From a bacterium (lineage in GTDB: Bacteria > Joyebacterota > Joyebacteria > Joyebacterales > Joyebacteraceae): a stretch of 64,000 nucleotides of DNA. Shown here piece by piece: positions 18,379-25,814 of the stretch. A model generated the notes under the pieces. It was given only the letters and a program-made list of their open reading frames with translations. It ran no database searches and was not told the origin of the DNA. A program made the translations under genes and the position numbers. Position 1 is the first letter of the stretch, and every line of letters begins with the position of its first letter. The DNA is taken from NCBI GenBank assembly GCA_025774245.1, contig JALGWI010000008.1:2525-66524 (forward strand). Reading direction: 5' to 3'.

Positions 18379-21300
18379 ATGGCTGACCGAAGGCCGGACG
18401 ATAAGCCCGAACGCGAGATGCTCGAGGCGTTCAAGAAGGCGATGGAGTCGCGGAGTGCGCGCGATGCGGCGCTCACGGCCATCCGCCTCGGAGACGTCTA
18501 CCTCGAGTCGGACAGCTACACCGACGCGCTCGGCTACTACACCCGCGCCGCGGGAACCGAGCTCGGCTCTGAGCTCGCCGACGGTGAGGTGGCCGGTCTC
18601 AATGTTCAGATCGCCAAGTGTCATCTCGGTCTCGGAAACTACGGCAAGGCGCGGGCCTGCTGCGCGAAGCTCGACGATCTCGAGCTCAGCGAGGAAGACA
18701 GCGCGGCCTGGGCGGAGGCGAACGTCGTTCTCGCGCGAATCGAGATCGAGAGCGGCCGGTACGACGAAGCCCTTCGCGCGGCGCAGAAGGCGTACGACAT
18801 ACTCAGGGTAAGCCCCGACAGCCCACTCCTCGCCGAGGCCGGCAAGGCGCTCGGCATCGCCAACGCCGAACTCGGCAACACGCAGGCGGCGCGCGACTAC
18901 TTCACCGACTATCTTGTTTCGCAGAAACGGCTCGGCAACGAGGCCGGGCTCGCCGCGGCGTACAACAACCTCGGCATTCTGGCGAAGCGGACCGGTGACC
19001 TGAACGGCGCGCTCGAGTATCTCGACAGCGCGCTCACGATCGATCGGAAGCTCGGTCGGTCGCTCGCGATCGCCGACCGCCTGACCAACACCGGCATCAC
19101 CCTCTACAGGCTCTCCAGGTGGGCCGAGGCCGAGGAGAAGCTGAACGAGGCGAAGGAGATCTACTCGAGGATCGGCGCGACGAGAGGCATCGCCGCTGCG
19201 CAGACCGCGCTCGGCAACGTCTATCGCGTGCGCCGCGAGTGGGGCCCCGCCCAGGATCTCCTCGAGAGCGCGCTCAGGGTGAGCCGCGACCACGGCTACC
19301 TCCGGACGGAGGCCCTCGCACTCGAGTTCCTCGGCGACCTCCAGATGGATCAGGGCCTGAAGCAGCAGGCGCGCGGAACGCTCGATCAGGCGCTCGGGTG
19401 CGCGTACCGGCTCGCGTCGAACAGCGACGTCGTCGGGGAGGTCCTGAGGCGTCGCGCCGAAGTGCTCTTCGCACTCGGACGGCTCGAGGACGCCGAGCGC
19501 GACTGCTCCGACGGCGTGAAGCTCTGCCGCGAGATCGGCGACAGCCTCGAGGAAGGCGCGTTCCTTCGCGTCCTGGCGAGCATCTGCTACGCCAAGGGCG
19601 AGCGCACCGCCGCAGAGGTCCTCATCGGCCGCACGGAGGACATCCTCCGGAGGGCGGGGGACTCCTTCGAGCTGGCCAAGACCGCGTTCGCCGACGCCGT
19701 CGGCATGCGCGATTCCTCGGCGCCGGGCGAGCTTCCCATCGACCGTATCGAGGCGCGCTTCTCCGCCGCCGAATCGATCTTCACGAGGATCGGCGCCGGC
19801 GACTGGGTCGCCCGGTGCGAGCTCGAGAGAGGGAAGGCGCTCCACCGCGCCGGCCAGCCCGACCGCGCGAGGACGTGGCTCGATCGCGCCAGGCTCAAGA
19901 TGGAAGTGAGCCACGACCGCGAGGGCCTGGCCGAGGTCGACGCCATTCTGAGGGAACTGGACGCGGAGCTCGAAGAGGCCGGCGTCTCCCGTCGGGGGAG
20001 GTACTCGACCATTGCGGAAGGCTACCGCTTTCTCGAGACGACCGAGCCCAAGGCGGAGGACCTGCACGAGTTCGCCATAGAGATCGCGAACGCGATCCCC
20101 GCGGACCGGCTCGTGCTCTTCTCGGTCACGGAGGAAAACGGCCCGGTCGTCGCGACCTCGGTCGATCACACGGGACGGGGAGTGGCCGAGGTCACCAGGT
20201 TCGTCCGGACCACCATCGGGAACCGCGGACACACGAGGCCGCTCATCGTCAGCGACGGGCGCTCGGCCGACGCATACTTCGCGCCGGGCGTGGGCGCCGT
20301 GGCGCTCATCCCGGGCGAGGTCGGGAACGATCGCGGGCGGACGTACCTTCTCTACACCGACCGCGCCAAGAGCGACCGGTCGACGCCGTTCACGCAGAGC
20401 GACATCGAGTTCATCGCCGCGGCCGCCCGCATGCTCGGGCTGGCGTACACGCGGGCCGGCGAATCGCACGCCTGGGAGGCGGACGGCGAGCTGGCGCAGC
20501 AGCTCAGTGAGTCGTCCGACGGGCGCGGGCTGATCACTCGGGATCCCGGCATGCTGCGGCTCCTGGCCAGCGTCGAGCGTCTGAAGGACAGCCACGTCCC
20601 GATCGTCATCCGCGGTGAGTCGGGAGTGGGCAAGGAGCTCATCGCTCGGGCGATCCACGAGGGTGGGCGCAGCAAGACGGGCCGTTTCGTCGCCTTGAAC
20701 GCCGGCGCCATTCCACCCAACCTGCAGGAGAGCGAGCTCTTCGGGCACGTCAAGGGCGCGTTCACCGACGCCGACCGCGACCGCGAGGGACTCGTTCAGG
20801 CCGCTGCCGCCGGCACGCTCTTCCTCGACGAGATCGGCGAGATGAGCTCGCAGCTCCAGGTGAAGCTCCTCAGGTTCCTGCAGAACGGGGAGTACCGACG
20901 TGTCGGCGAGAGCGTGACGAGGACGAGCGACGCCAGGGTCGTCTCGGCGAGCAACAAGGACCTCGCGGAGGAGGTCAAGGCCGGACGCTTCCGGCGCGAC
21001 CTCTTCTACAGGCTCTGCGCCGTCGTCATCCTGGTGCCGCCCCTGAGGGACAGGCCCGACGACGTCCCGCTCCTCATGGAGCACTTCCGGGAGTTCTACT
21101 CGAAGCGCGAGACCAAGCACATCCCCGGGTTCAGCCGCGAGGTGCGGGAGATCTTCCAGCGGTACGACTGGCGCGGGAATAACGTCCGCGAGCTCGAGAA
21201 CGAGGTCCGTCGGGGCGTGGCCCTGGCTGCGGACGGGGAGGTGATCGGGATCGACAAGATCAGCCCCGAGCTCCGCAGCCGCTACGAGGTCAGCCTCGGC

Positions 21301-21471
21301 GACGACGAGCCGCACCGCCGCTCTCTCAAAGACGAGGTTGGGGCGCTCGAGAAGAGCCGGATCCTGGAGGCGCTCTCGAGGACCGGGTGGAACAAGCAGG
21401 CGGCGGCCGACGTCCTCGGCCTGTCGCGCACAGGCCTCCACGCGAAGATGAAGAAGTACGGGCTCGGATAG
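18379..21471 (+). CDS. Sigma-54-dependent transcriptional activator with a large N-terminal TPR-repeat domain
   Basis: Multiple TPR-like repeats in aa 1-500. AAA+ sigma-54 interaction domain (GESGVGKELIARAIH, ESELFGHVKGAFTDA). C-terminal Fis-type HTH (AAADVLGLSRTGLHAKMKKYGL). Confidence 0.85.
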   Translation: MADRRPDDKPEREMLEAFKKAMESRSARDAALTAIRLGDVYLESDSYTDALGYYTRAAGTELGSELADGEVAGLNVQIAKCHLGLGNYGKARACCAKLDDLELSEEDSAAWAEANVVLARIEIESGRYDEALRAAQKAYDILRVSPDSPLLAEAGKALGIANAELGNTQAARDYFTDYLVSQKRLGNEAGLAAAYNNLGILAKRTGDLNGALEYLDSALTIDRKLGRSLAIADRLTNTGITLYRLSRWAEAEEKLNEAKEIYSRIGATRGIAAAQTALGNVYRVRREWGPAQDLLESALRVSRDHGYLRTEALALEFLGDLQMDQGLKQQARGTLDQALGCAYRLASNSDVVGEVLRRRAEVLFALGRLEDAERDCSDGVKLCREIGDSLEEGAFLRVLASICYAKGERTAAEVLIGRTEDILRRAGDSFELAKTAFADAVGMRDSSAPGELPIDRIEARFSAAESIFTRIGAGDWVARCELERGKALHRAGQPDRARTWLDRARLKMEVSHDREGLAEVDAILRELDAELEEAGVSRRGRYSTIAEGYRFLETTEPKAEDLHEFAIEIANAIPADRLVLFSVTEENGPVVATSVDHTGRGVAEVTRFVRTTIGNRGHTRPLIVSDGRSADAYFAPGVGAVALIPGEVGNDRGRTYLLYTDRAKSDRSTPFTQSDIEFIAAAARMLGLAYTRAGESHAWEADGELAQQLSESSDGRGLITRDPGMLRLLASVERLKDSHVPIVIRGESGVGKELIARAIHEGGRSKTGRFVALNAGAIPPNLQESELFGHVKGAFTDADRDREGLVQAAAAGTLFLDEIGEMSSQLQVKLLRFLQNGEYRRVGESVTRTSDARVVSASNKDLAEEVKAGRFRRDLFYRLCAVVILVPPLRDRPDDVPLLMEHFREFYSKRETKHIPGFSREVREIFQRYDWRGNNVRELENEVRRGVALAADGEVIGIDKISPELRSRYEVSLGDDEPHRRSLKDEVGALEKSRILEALSRTGWNKQAAADVLGLSRTGLHAKMKKYGLG

Positions 21472-21963
21472 AGGGCCCCGGGCCGGCTCTATCGGCCCCA
21501 CAGGAGTGTGCTCCACGATCTCCCCCGGGCGCGCCTGCGCCGGGGGTTTCGATTGTCCGGGAGCGGCTTCCTCTGACGGCGGACCCCGCGCCCCACCGCG
21601 TGTCCCCATGTGCCCCCCGCGTGTCCCCGCCCCCCCCCGCCGGATCCCTCCCCGCGGTCCACGTTCTCCGCAGCCTCCTCCAGGGAGGATCCGCGGCCGG
21701 AAGGCCCGCTTTGTCAGCACTTCCAGCGCGTCGAAACCTCGACGACGCGTCAAAATCTCGACGCTCTCGTAACTTCCCATTCTTCAAGCGGTTAAGGCGA
21801 TACCCCCCCGAGACACCGTACGGACCGTCGAAAACGTGCCATGAGGCTGAATCATCAACCATTTGAGCTCGGCGAGCGCGGCCGTAAACTACAGATGGGC
21901 CACATGTTACATGGAGGCTGTCAGAACATGGCTGAGCGGTCATTCAGCCGTTTCTGGCATGGT

Positions 21964-22185
21964 CTATGCGGTAGTAGGGTATCGGTTGGATTGAAAATCG
22001 AATATGGGAGGAAGAGGCGGCCAGGGTGTTAATAATGCAGGGGGGGCGAGTCCGGTCGCTCTTTGGTTCGCCTCTTTCTTCCTGACTCTCGGCTCCCCGG
22101 AAGATTCGGGGGGATGAAAATAGAGGGTTGTTATGCCGAGCACGGTGAGAGTGAGAATGAAGGTAATGGTCGTGATCCTGCTCAT
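21964..22185 (-). other. Small ORF (73 aa, N-terminal transmembrane helix) with atypical low-GC codon usage inside a low-GC patch. Coding status uncertain.
   Basis: MSRITTITFILTLTVLGITTLYF... AGGTGA lies 9 nt upstream. Codons are ATT/ACT/ATA/TTT-rich, unlike the surrounding GC3-rich genes. Confidence 0.2.
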
Positions 22186-22359
22186 CGGTATCGCATCACC
22201 TGTGCTCGGCTGAGATTACGACAGCTCGCGAAAGCACCCGCAGCTGTAATCGATATAGACAGAGCGGCAGAGCAACGGTCAGCGTCACAGCAAGGAGCAC
22301 ACACTAACAGCACCACCAGCGCGGTTCTTCTCCGCGGGCTCCGTTCCGAGCAGCAACTC

Positions 22360-22376
22360 TGGTCAGCATTTTGCTT
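22360..22376 (+). promoter_or_regulatory. Candidate sigma-54 (-24/-12) promoter upstream of the radical SAM gene
   Basis: TGGTCAGCATTTTGCT: GG and GC at the consensus 12-nt spacing, with a TTGCT -12 element (consensus TGGCACG-N4-TTGCW). A weaker second match TGGCATGGTCTATGCG lies at 21955-21970. Confidence 0.3.
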
Positions 22377-22568
22377 CTCACCTTTCGAGGACGGAGCTGG
22401 CCCACACGGCCGGCAGGAAAGCAGATGACTCTCCCGCAACTGCCCTGCCGGCCGAACCTCGTTCTGGAACAGCATCCCCTTTCATTCGCACCGTCCCGCA
22501 CACCCGAGTCGCAGCGACAGCGCGTCGCGCAGGCCACGCGCTGAGCTCGATCCCCGTCGTTCGCGCTG

Positions 22569-22619
22569 CCCCTGAGATCTGTCCCCGAGGTCCATCCCCG
22601 AGATCCACCCCCGAGAACC
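22569..22619 (+). repeat. Four tandem ~12-13-bp direct repeats CCCC(T)GAG(A/G)(T/A)(C) immediately upstream of the radical SAM maturase start
   Basis: CCCCTGAGATCT / GTCCCCGAGGTCC / ATCCCCGAGATCC / ACCCCCGAGAACC, read directly from the sequence. A partial fifth copy GATCCCCGTCG sits ~25 nt upstream. Confidence 0.55.
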
Positions 22620-22620
22620 A

Positions 22621-25113
22621 TTGGAGAGCAGACCCGCCGTGACGGACCATCGCGTCGAGCTCAGACGTATCGCCGATGGGTTCGCGGCCGCACTCGCTGA
22701 CGTGCGCGGGGCGCCGGGAACCGCAGGAAGCGACAGGGGGCTTCGGCCCGACAACCTGTCTCTCATGATGCCGTTCTATCTCATCGAGGCGGAGCCGTTC
22801 GACGGAGACGTCGACGCCGCGCGCGTGATGGCGCTCGGCAACGCCTTCGGCGCCACCCACTTCCTTCTCCAGGACAGAGAACTCGACGGCGACGAACGGC
22901 CGAGCCCGGGGGGCTGCCACCTGTCGGATCGGTGCCTCGTCCTCTTCGCGCGCCAGTACGGGCGGCTCTTCTCGGGCGGGAGGTTCTGGAGCTTCCTCGA
23001 TCGCTACCTCGGCGAGTACTTCGCGAGCCTCTCGTGGGAGCGCGAGGTGCTGGGGACCCGCGCGGGGGCGGCGGCCGTTTCCGAGGACGAGTTGCCGTCG
23101 ACCCTCACCAGACTCGGGCACAAGATCTCTCCTCTGAAGGCGTGTGCGTGCGCGGTGTCGATGCTCGCGGGGCGTGAGGATCGCCTGCCGCTGATGGAAC
23201 GGGTGATCGAGAGGTTCCACACGGCGTACCAGCTCGCTGACGATCTGGAGGACCTGGCGGACGATCTCGAGGCGAATCGGTGGTCGGTCGTGAGCTGGAT
23301 CCTGGCGCGCTCGGCCGGGCTCGACGAGCCGCCCGCCGGCCGCGCGGTCGATCGACTCCTCTCCGGCGGGCTCGCTGCCGGGGCGCTGCCCGCGATCATC
23401 GATACTATAGACGAGAACTACGCTTCCGCGATCGAGGACGCCGAGAGGCTCGGTGCGCCCTCGCTTCGCTCGCACCTCGAGCGGTGTCGCCGGCGGACGG
23501 CGGCCATCCACCACTGGATGTCGCGGCGGCTCTCGATCGTCCTGAGATCGATGGAGGGGGCCGGCGGGACGGAGGGACCGCGCGCGGAGAACACCGGCTC
23601 GCTCCGGGCGGACGCGCCCGCCCGTCTCCTCCGCCGGGTGCACGCGTTCGAGGTACGGGGCCAGGCGTACGTTCTCGATATCGACTCGGGCCTCTTCTTC
23701 GAGGCGGACCGGCTGGCGTTCGACGTGATCGAATGGCTCAGGCGCGGCGCGGGTCAGGCCGAACTCGACGTGCTGCGGATGAACTCGGGGCAGGAGCCGG
23801 TCGGCGAGGCGATCCGCGAGGTCTGGGGCCTGGTCGATCCGGGCGCGCCCACGCTCCCGGCGGGCGACGAATCCGGCGGGCTCCCGCTCTGGGACGACGT
23901 GCCCGGCGACGTGCTGCCGCCCGGGATCGCCGCGCTGGCGCTCAACCTCACCGACGGGTGCAACCTCCGGTGCGACTACTGCTATCTCGGCGGGAACGCG
24001 GAGGCGAGCCCGCAGGCGACACCGGCCGCGCCCCCGGGCACGGCTCCCGCCGCGAACGGCGGCGTGGCGCCGGTGCTCATGTCCGAGGAGACGGCGCTCC
24101 GCGCCGTCGATCTCCTCATCGACGAATCGCTCGGCGAGTCGCGTCTCTCGATCGTCTTCTTCGGCGGCGAGCCGCTTCTGAACCCGTCGCTCATCGAGAG
24201 CGTCGTCGGCCACGCCAGGAACCGCGTGCGTGCGGACGGCCGCGCCGTGACCTTCCACATGACCACGAACGGGACGCTCCTGACACCGCGGATGTCGGAA
24301 CGCCTGCACTCGCTCGGCGTGGGCATCCTCGTGAGCATCGACGGCGCCGCGTGCGACCACGACGCGCACCGCGTCTTCCCCGGCGGCGGAGGTTCGTACT
24401 CGACGATCGTCGCGAACCTCCTGGGGCTGCCGGAGGGGATGCGGGTCGGAGCGCGGGCGACCGTCACGGAGGAATCGCGCCCGCTCAGCGTGATCGTGGA
24501 GCACCTGAGGGGGCTCGGGTTCTCCGTGGTGCACCTCGCGCCGGTGAGCGGGCCGCCGATGTCGGCTGAGTTCTCCTCGCGACTCTGTGACGAGTTCGAG
24601 GAGCTCGCGCGCCGGGAACTCGAGGCGGTGCGCGACGGGCGGCCGCCGTCGGTGGGGAATCTCGTCGAGCCGGTTCTGGCGCTGCGGACCGGTGCGCGGC
24701 GGCCCGCCCCGTGCGGCGCCGGAGCGCGCTACGTCGCCGCGGGAGCGGACGGCACACTGTCGTTCTGCCACCGCTTCGCCGGCGACGCGCGGTTCGTCGT
24801 GGGCGACGTGGGGGGCGGGCTCGATCGCGACGCGGTGAGGCGCCTCCTCGGGCGGCTCCCCGCCGAGGCGGCCGCGTGTCGCGAGTGCTGGGCGCGCCAC
24901 CTCTGCGGCGGACCGTGCCTGTACGACCTCACGTACTCTCCCGAGGACACGGTCGGCAACGACGCGCCTCGCTGCCGGCTGAGGCGCAGGATCTTCGAGC
25001 TGGCGATGTGGATCTACGCTTCGCTGCCGGGAGATGGGCGCGCGAGGCTGGCGGGCATCGCGAGGAGGGACGTGAGGCCCGAGATCGGAGCCGGGAAGGA
25101 GCCAGGGTCGTAA
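22621..25113 (+). CDS. Radical SAM/SPASM peptide-modifying enzyme with an RRE (PqqD-like) domain and an additional ~330-aa N-terminal domain of unknown function
   Basis: CNLRCDYCY (CxxxCxxC) radical SAM motif. C-terminal SPASM Cys cluster (CGAGARY...FCHRF...CRECWARHLCGGPC). RRE-like segment VHAFEVRGQAYVLDIDSGLFFEADRLAFDVIEWL. N-terminal domain has an acidic QLADDLEDLADDLE motif. An alternative GTG start at 22639 has a better RBS (GGAGAG). Confidence 0.85.
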   Translation: MESRPAVTDHRVELRRIADGFAAALADVRGAPGTAGSDRGLRPDNLSLMMPFYLIEAEPFDGDVDAARVMALGNAFGATHFLLQDRELDGDERPSPGGCHLSDRCLVLFARQYGRLFSGGRFWSFLDRYLGEYFASLSWEREVLGTRAGAAAVSEDELPSTLTRLGHKISPLKACACAVSMLAGREDRLPLMERVIERFHTAYQLADDLEDLADDLEANRWSVVSWILARSAGLDEPPAGRAVDRLLSGGLAAGALPAIIDTIDENYASAIEDAERLGAPSLRSHLERCRRRTAAIHHWMSRRLSIVLRSMEGAGGTEGPRAENTGSLRADAPARLLRRVHAFEVRGQAYVLDIDSGLFFEADRLAFDVIEWLRRGAGQAELDVLRMNSGQEPVGEAIREVWGLVDPGAPTLPAGDESGGLPLWDDVPGDVLPPGIAALALNLTDGCNLRCDYCYLGGNAEASPQATPAAPPGTAPAANGGVAPVLMSEETALRAVDLLIDESLGESRLSIVFFGGEPLLNPSLIESVVGHARNRVRADGRAVTFHMTTNGTLLTPRMSERLHSLGVGILVSIDGAACDHDAHRVFPGGGGSYSTIVANLLGLPEGMRVGARATVTEESRPLSVIVEHLRGLGFSVVHLAPVSGPPMSAEFSSRLCDEFEELARRELEAVRDGRPPSVGNLVEPVLALRTGARRPAPCGAGARYVAAGADGTLSFCHRFAGDARFVVGDVGGGLDRDAVRRLLGRLPAEAAACRECWARHLCGGPCLYDLTYSPEDTVGNDAPRCRLRRRIFELAMWIYASLPGDGRARLAGIARRDVRPEIGAGKEPGS

Positions 25114-25157
25114 CGCCGGGTTGGAGGCGAGTGGGAGTGGGAAGGGAGGTGGTGGGA

Positions 25158-25334
25158 GTGAGGTACCTGAGGATCGCGAACGGGCCGGGAGTGGCCCGTG
25201 CGTGGAGTTCGCGGAGCTCGAAGAAAGACGTCTGTCTGATCGACTACGCGAGCTGCGCGGGATCGGACGTCTGCTGGCTGCTCGACATCGAGAGCGACTG
25301 CATGTCGAACGACGGCTGCATCGTCGACACCTAA
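25158..25334 (+). CDS. RiPP precursor peptide 1 (Cys/Asp-rich, ranthipeptide-like)
   Basis: (M)RYLRIANGPGVARAWSSRSSKKDVCLIDYASCAGSDVCWLLDIESDCMSNDGCIVDT. GTG start 8 nt after GAAGGGAGG; alternative GTG starts at 25149 and 25152. Five Cx3-4D units. Lies immediately 3' of the maturase. Confidence 0.6.
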   Translation: MRYLRIANGPGVARAWSSRSSKKDVCLIDYASCAGSDVCWLLDIESDCMSNDGCIVDT

Positions 25335-25384
25335 TGAGGCCGCACGATGTGCGGGACGGGAATCCGGGATCGGGGAAGGGGGTG

Positions 25385-25570
25385 GTGAGGTTGAAGCACC
25401 TGAGACTCGCCAACGGCGCAGAGGGCGCGGCCGGGACGGTACGAATGGCGCCCAGTCCGTTCCTCTGCTACATCTTCATCGACTGGGGAGACTGCAACTC
25501 GATCGACCAGTGCGGGTTCGACTTCGCGGACTGCGTGAGTGGCGGGGACATCTGTCTCATCGACTACTAG
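25385..25570 (+). CDS. RiPP precursor peptide 2 (Cys/Asp-rich, ranthipeptide-like)
   Basis: (M)RLKHLRLANGAEGAAGTVRMAPSPFLCYIFIDWGDCNSIDQCGFDFADCVSGGDICLIDY. GTG after a GGGGAAGGGGG RBS. An alternative ATG at 25334 overlaps the peptide 1 stop. Five Cx3-5D units. Confidence 0.6.
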   Translation: MRLKHLRLANGAEGAAGTVRMAPSPFLCYIFIDWGDCNSIDQCGFDFADCVSGGDICLIDY

Positions 25571-25646
25571 AGCCGGAGGCGGGAGAGGCACCGGGTTCCC
25601 GGGGGCCGCGGTCGCCGGGGACCCGTGGGGAGGGAGAGGAGGCGCC

Positions 25647-25814
25647 GTGAAGCACCTGAGACTCAAGAACGGACCCGTGTCGGGATCTGCCGCACACGCG
25701 GCACGGGAGTGCTGCGTCCCGTACATCGATTGGGGCGGATGCAACGCGGTCGACTACTGCGGGCAGGACGTCCTGGACTGCCTGGGGGGTGATCTCTGTG
25801 ACCTCGACTACTAG
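25647..25814 (+). CDS. RiPP precursor peptide 3 (Cys/Asp-rich, ranthipeptide-like)
   Basis: (M)KHLRLKNGPVSGSAAHAARECCVPYIDWGGCNAVDYCGQDVLDCLGGDLCDLDY. This is the only in-frame start after the peptide 2 stop and it is preceded by GGAGGGAGAGGAGG. Six Cys, each followed by Asp at +3 to +5. Confidence 0.65.
   Translation: MKHLRLKNGPVSGSAAHAARECCVPYIDWGGCNAVDYCGQDVLDCLGGDLCDLDY

Noticed and set aside
18001-21780. 1259-aa - strand ORF
   Set aside because: Antisense to the TPR-sigma-54 activator, which has unambiguous AAA+ and HTH motifs on the + strand. The composition is Arg/Gly/Pro-rich with no motifs.
21955-21970. Alternative sigma-54 promoter TGGCATGGTCTATGCG
   Set aside because: Spacing fits, but the -12 element (ATGCG) is poorer than the 22360 candidate and it would give a >650-nt leader. 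Kept only as a mention.
22569-22619. Possible CRISPR-like array
   Set aside because: The repeats are only ~12 bp and directly adjacent with no spacers. No cas genes are present. Treated as a regulatory direct-repeat array instead.
22378-25413. 1011-aa - strand ORF overlapping the radical SAM gene and precursor peptides
   Set aside because: Arg-rich nonsense composition. The + strand carries the CxxxCxxC/SPASM motifs and coherent peptide genes.
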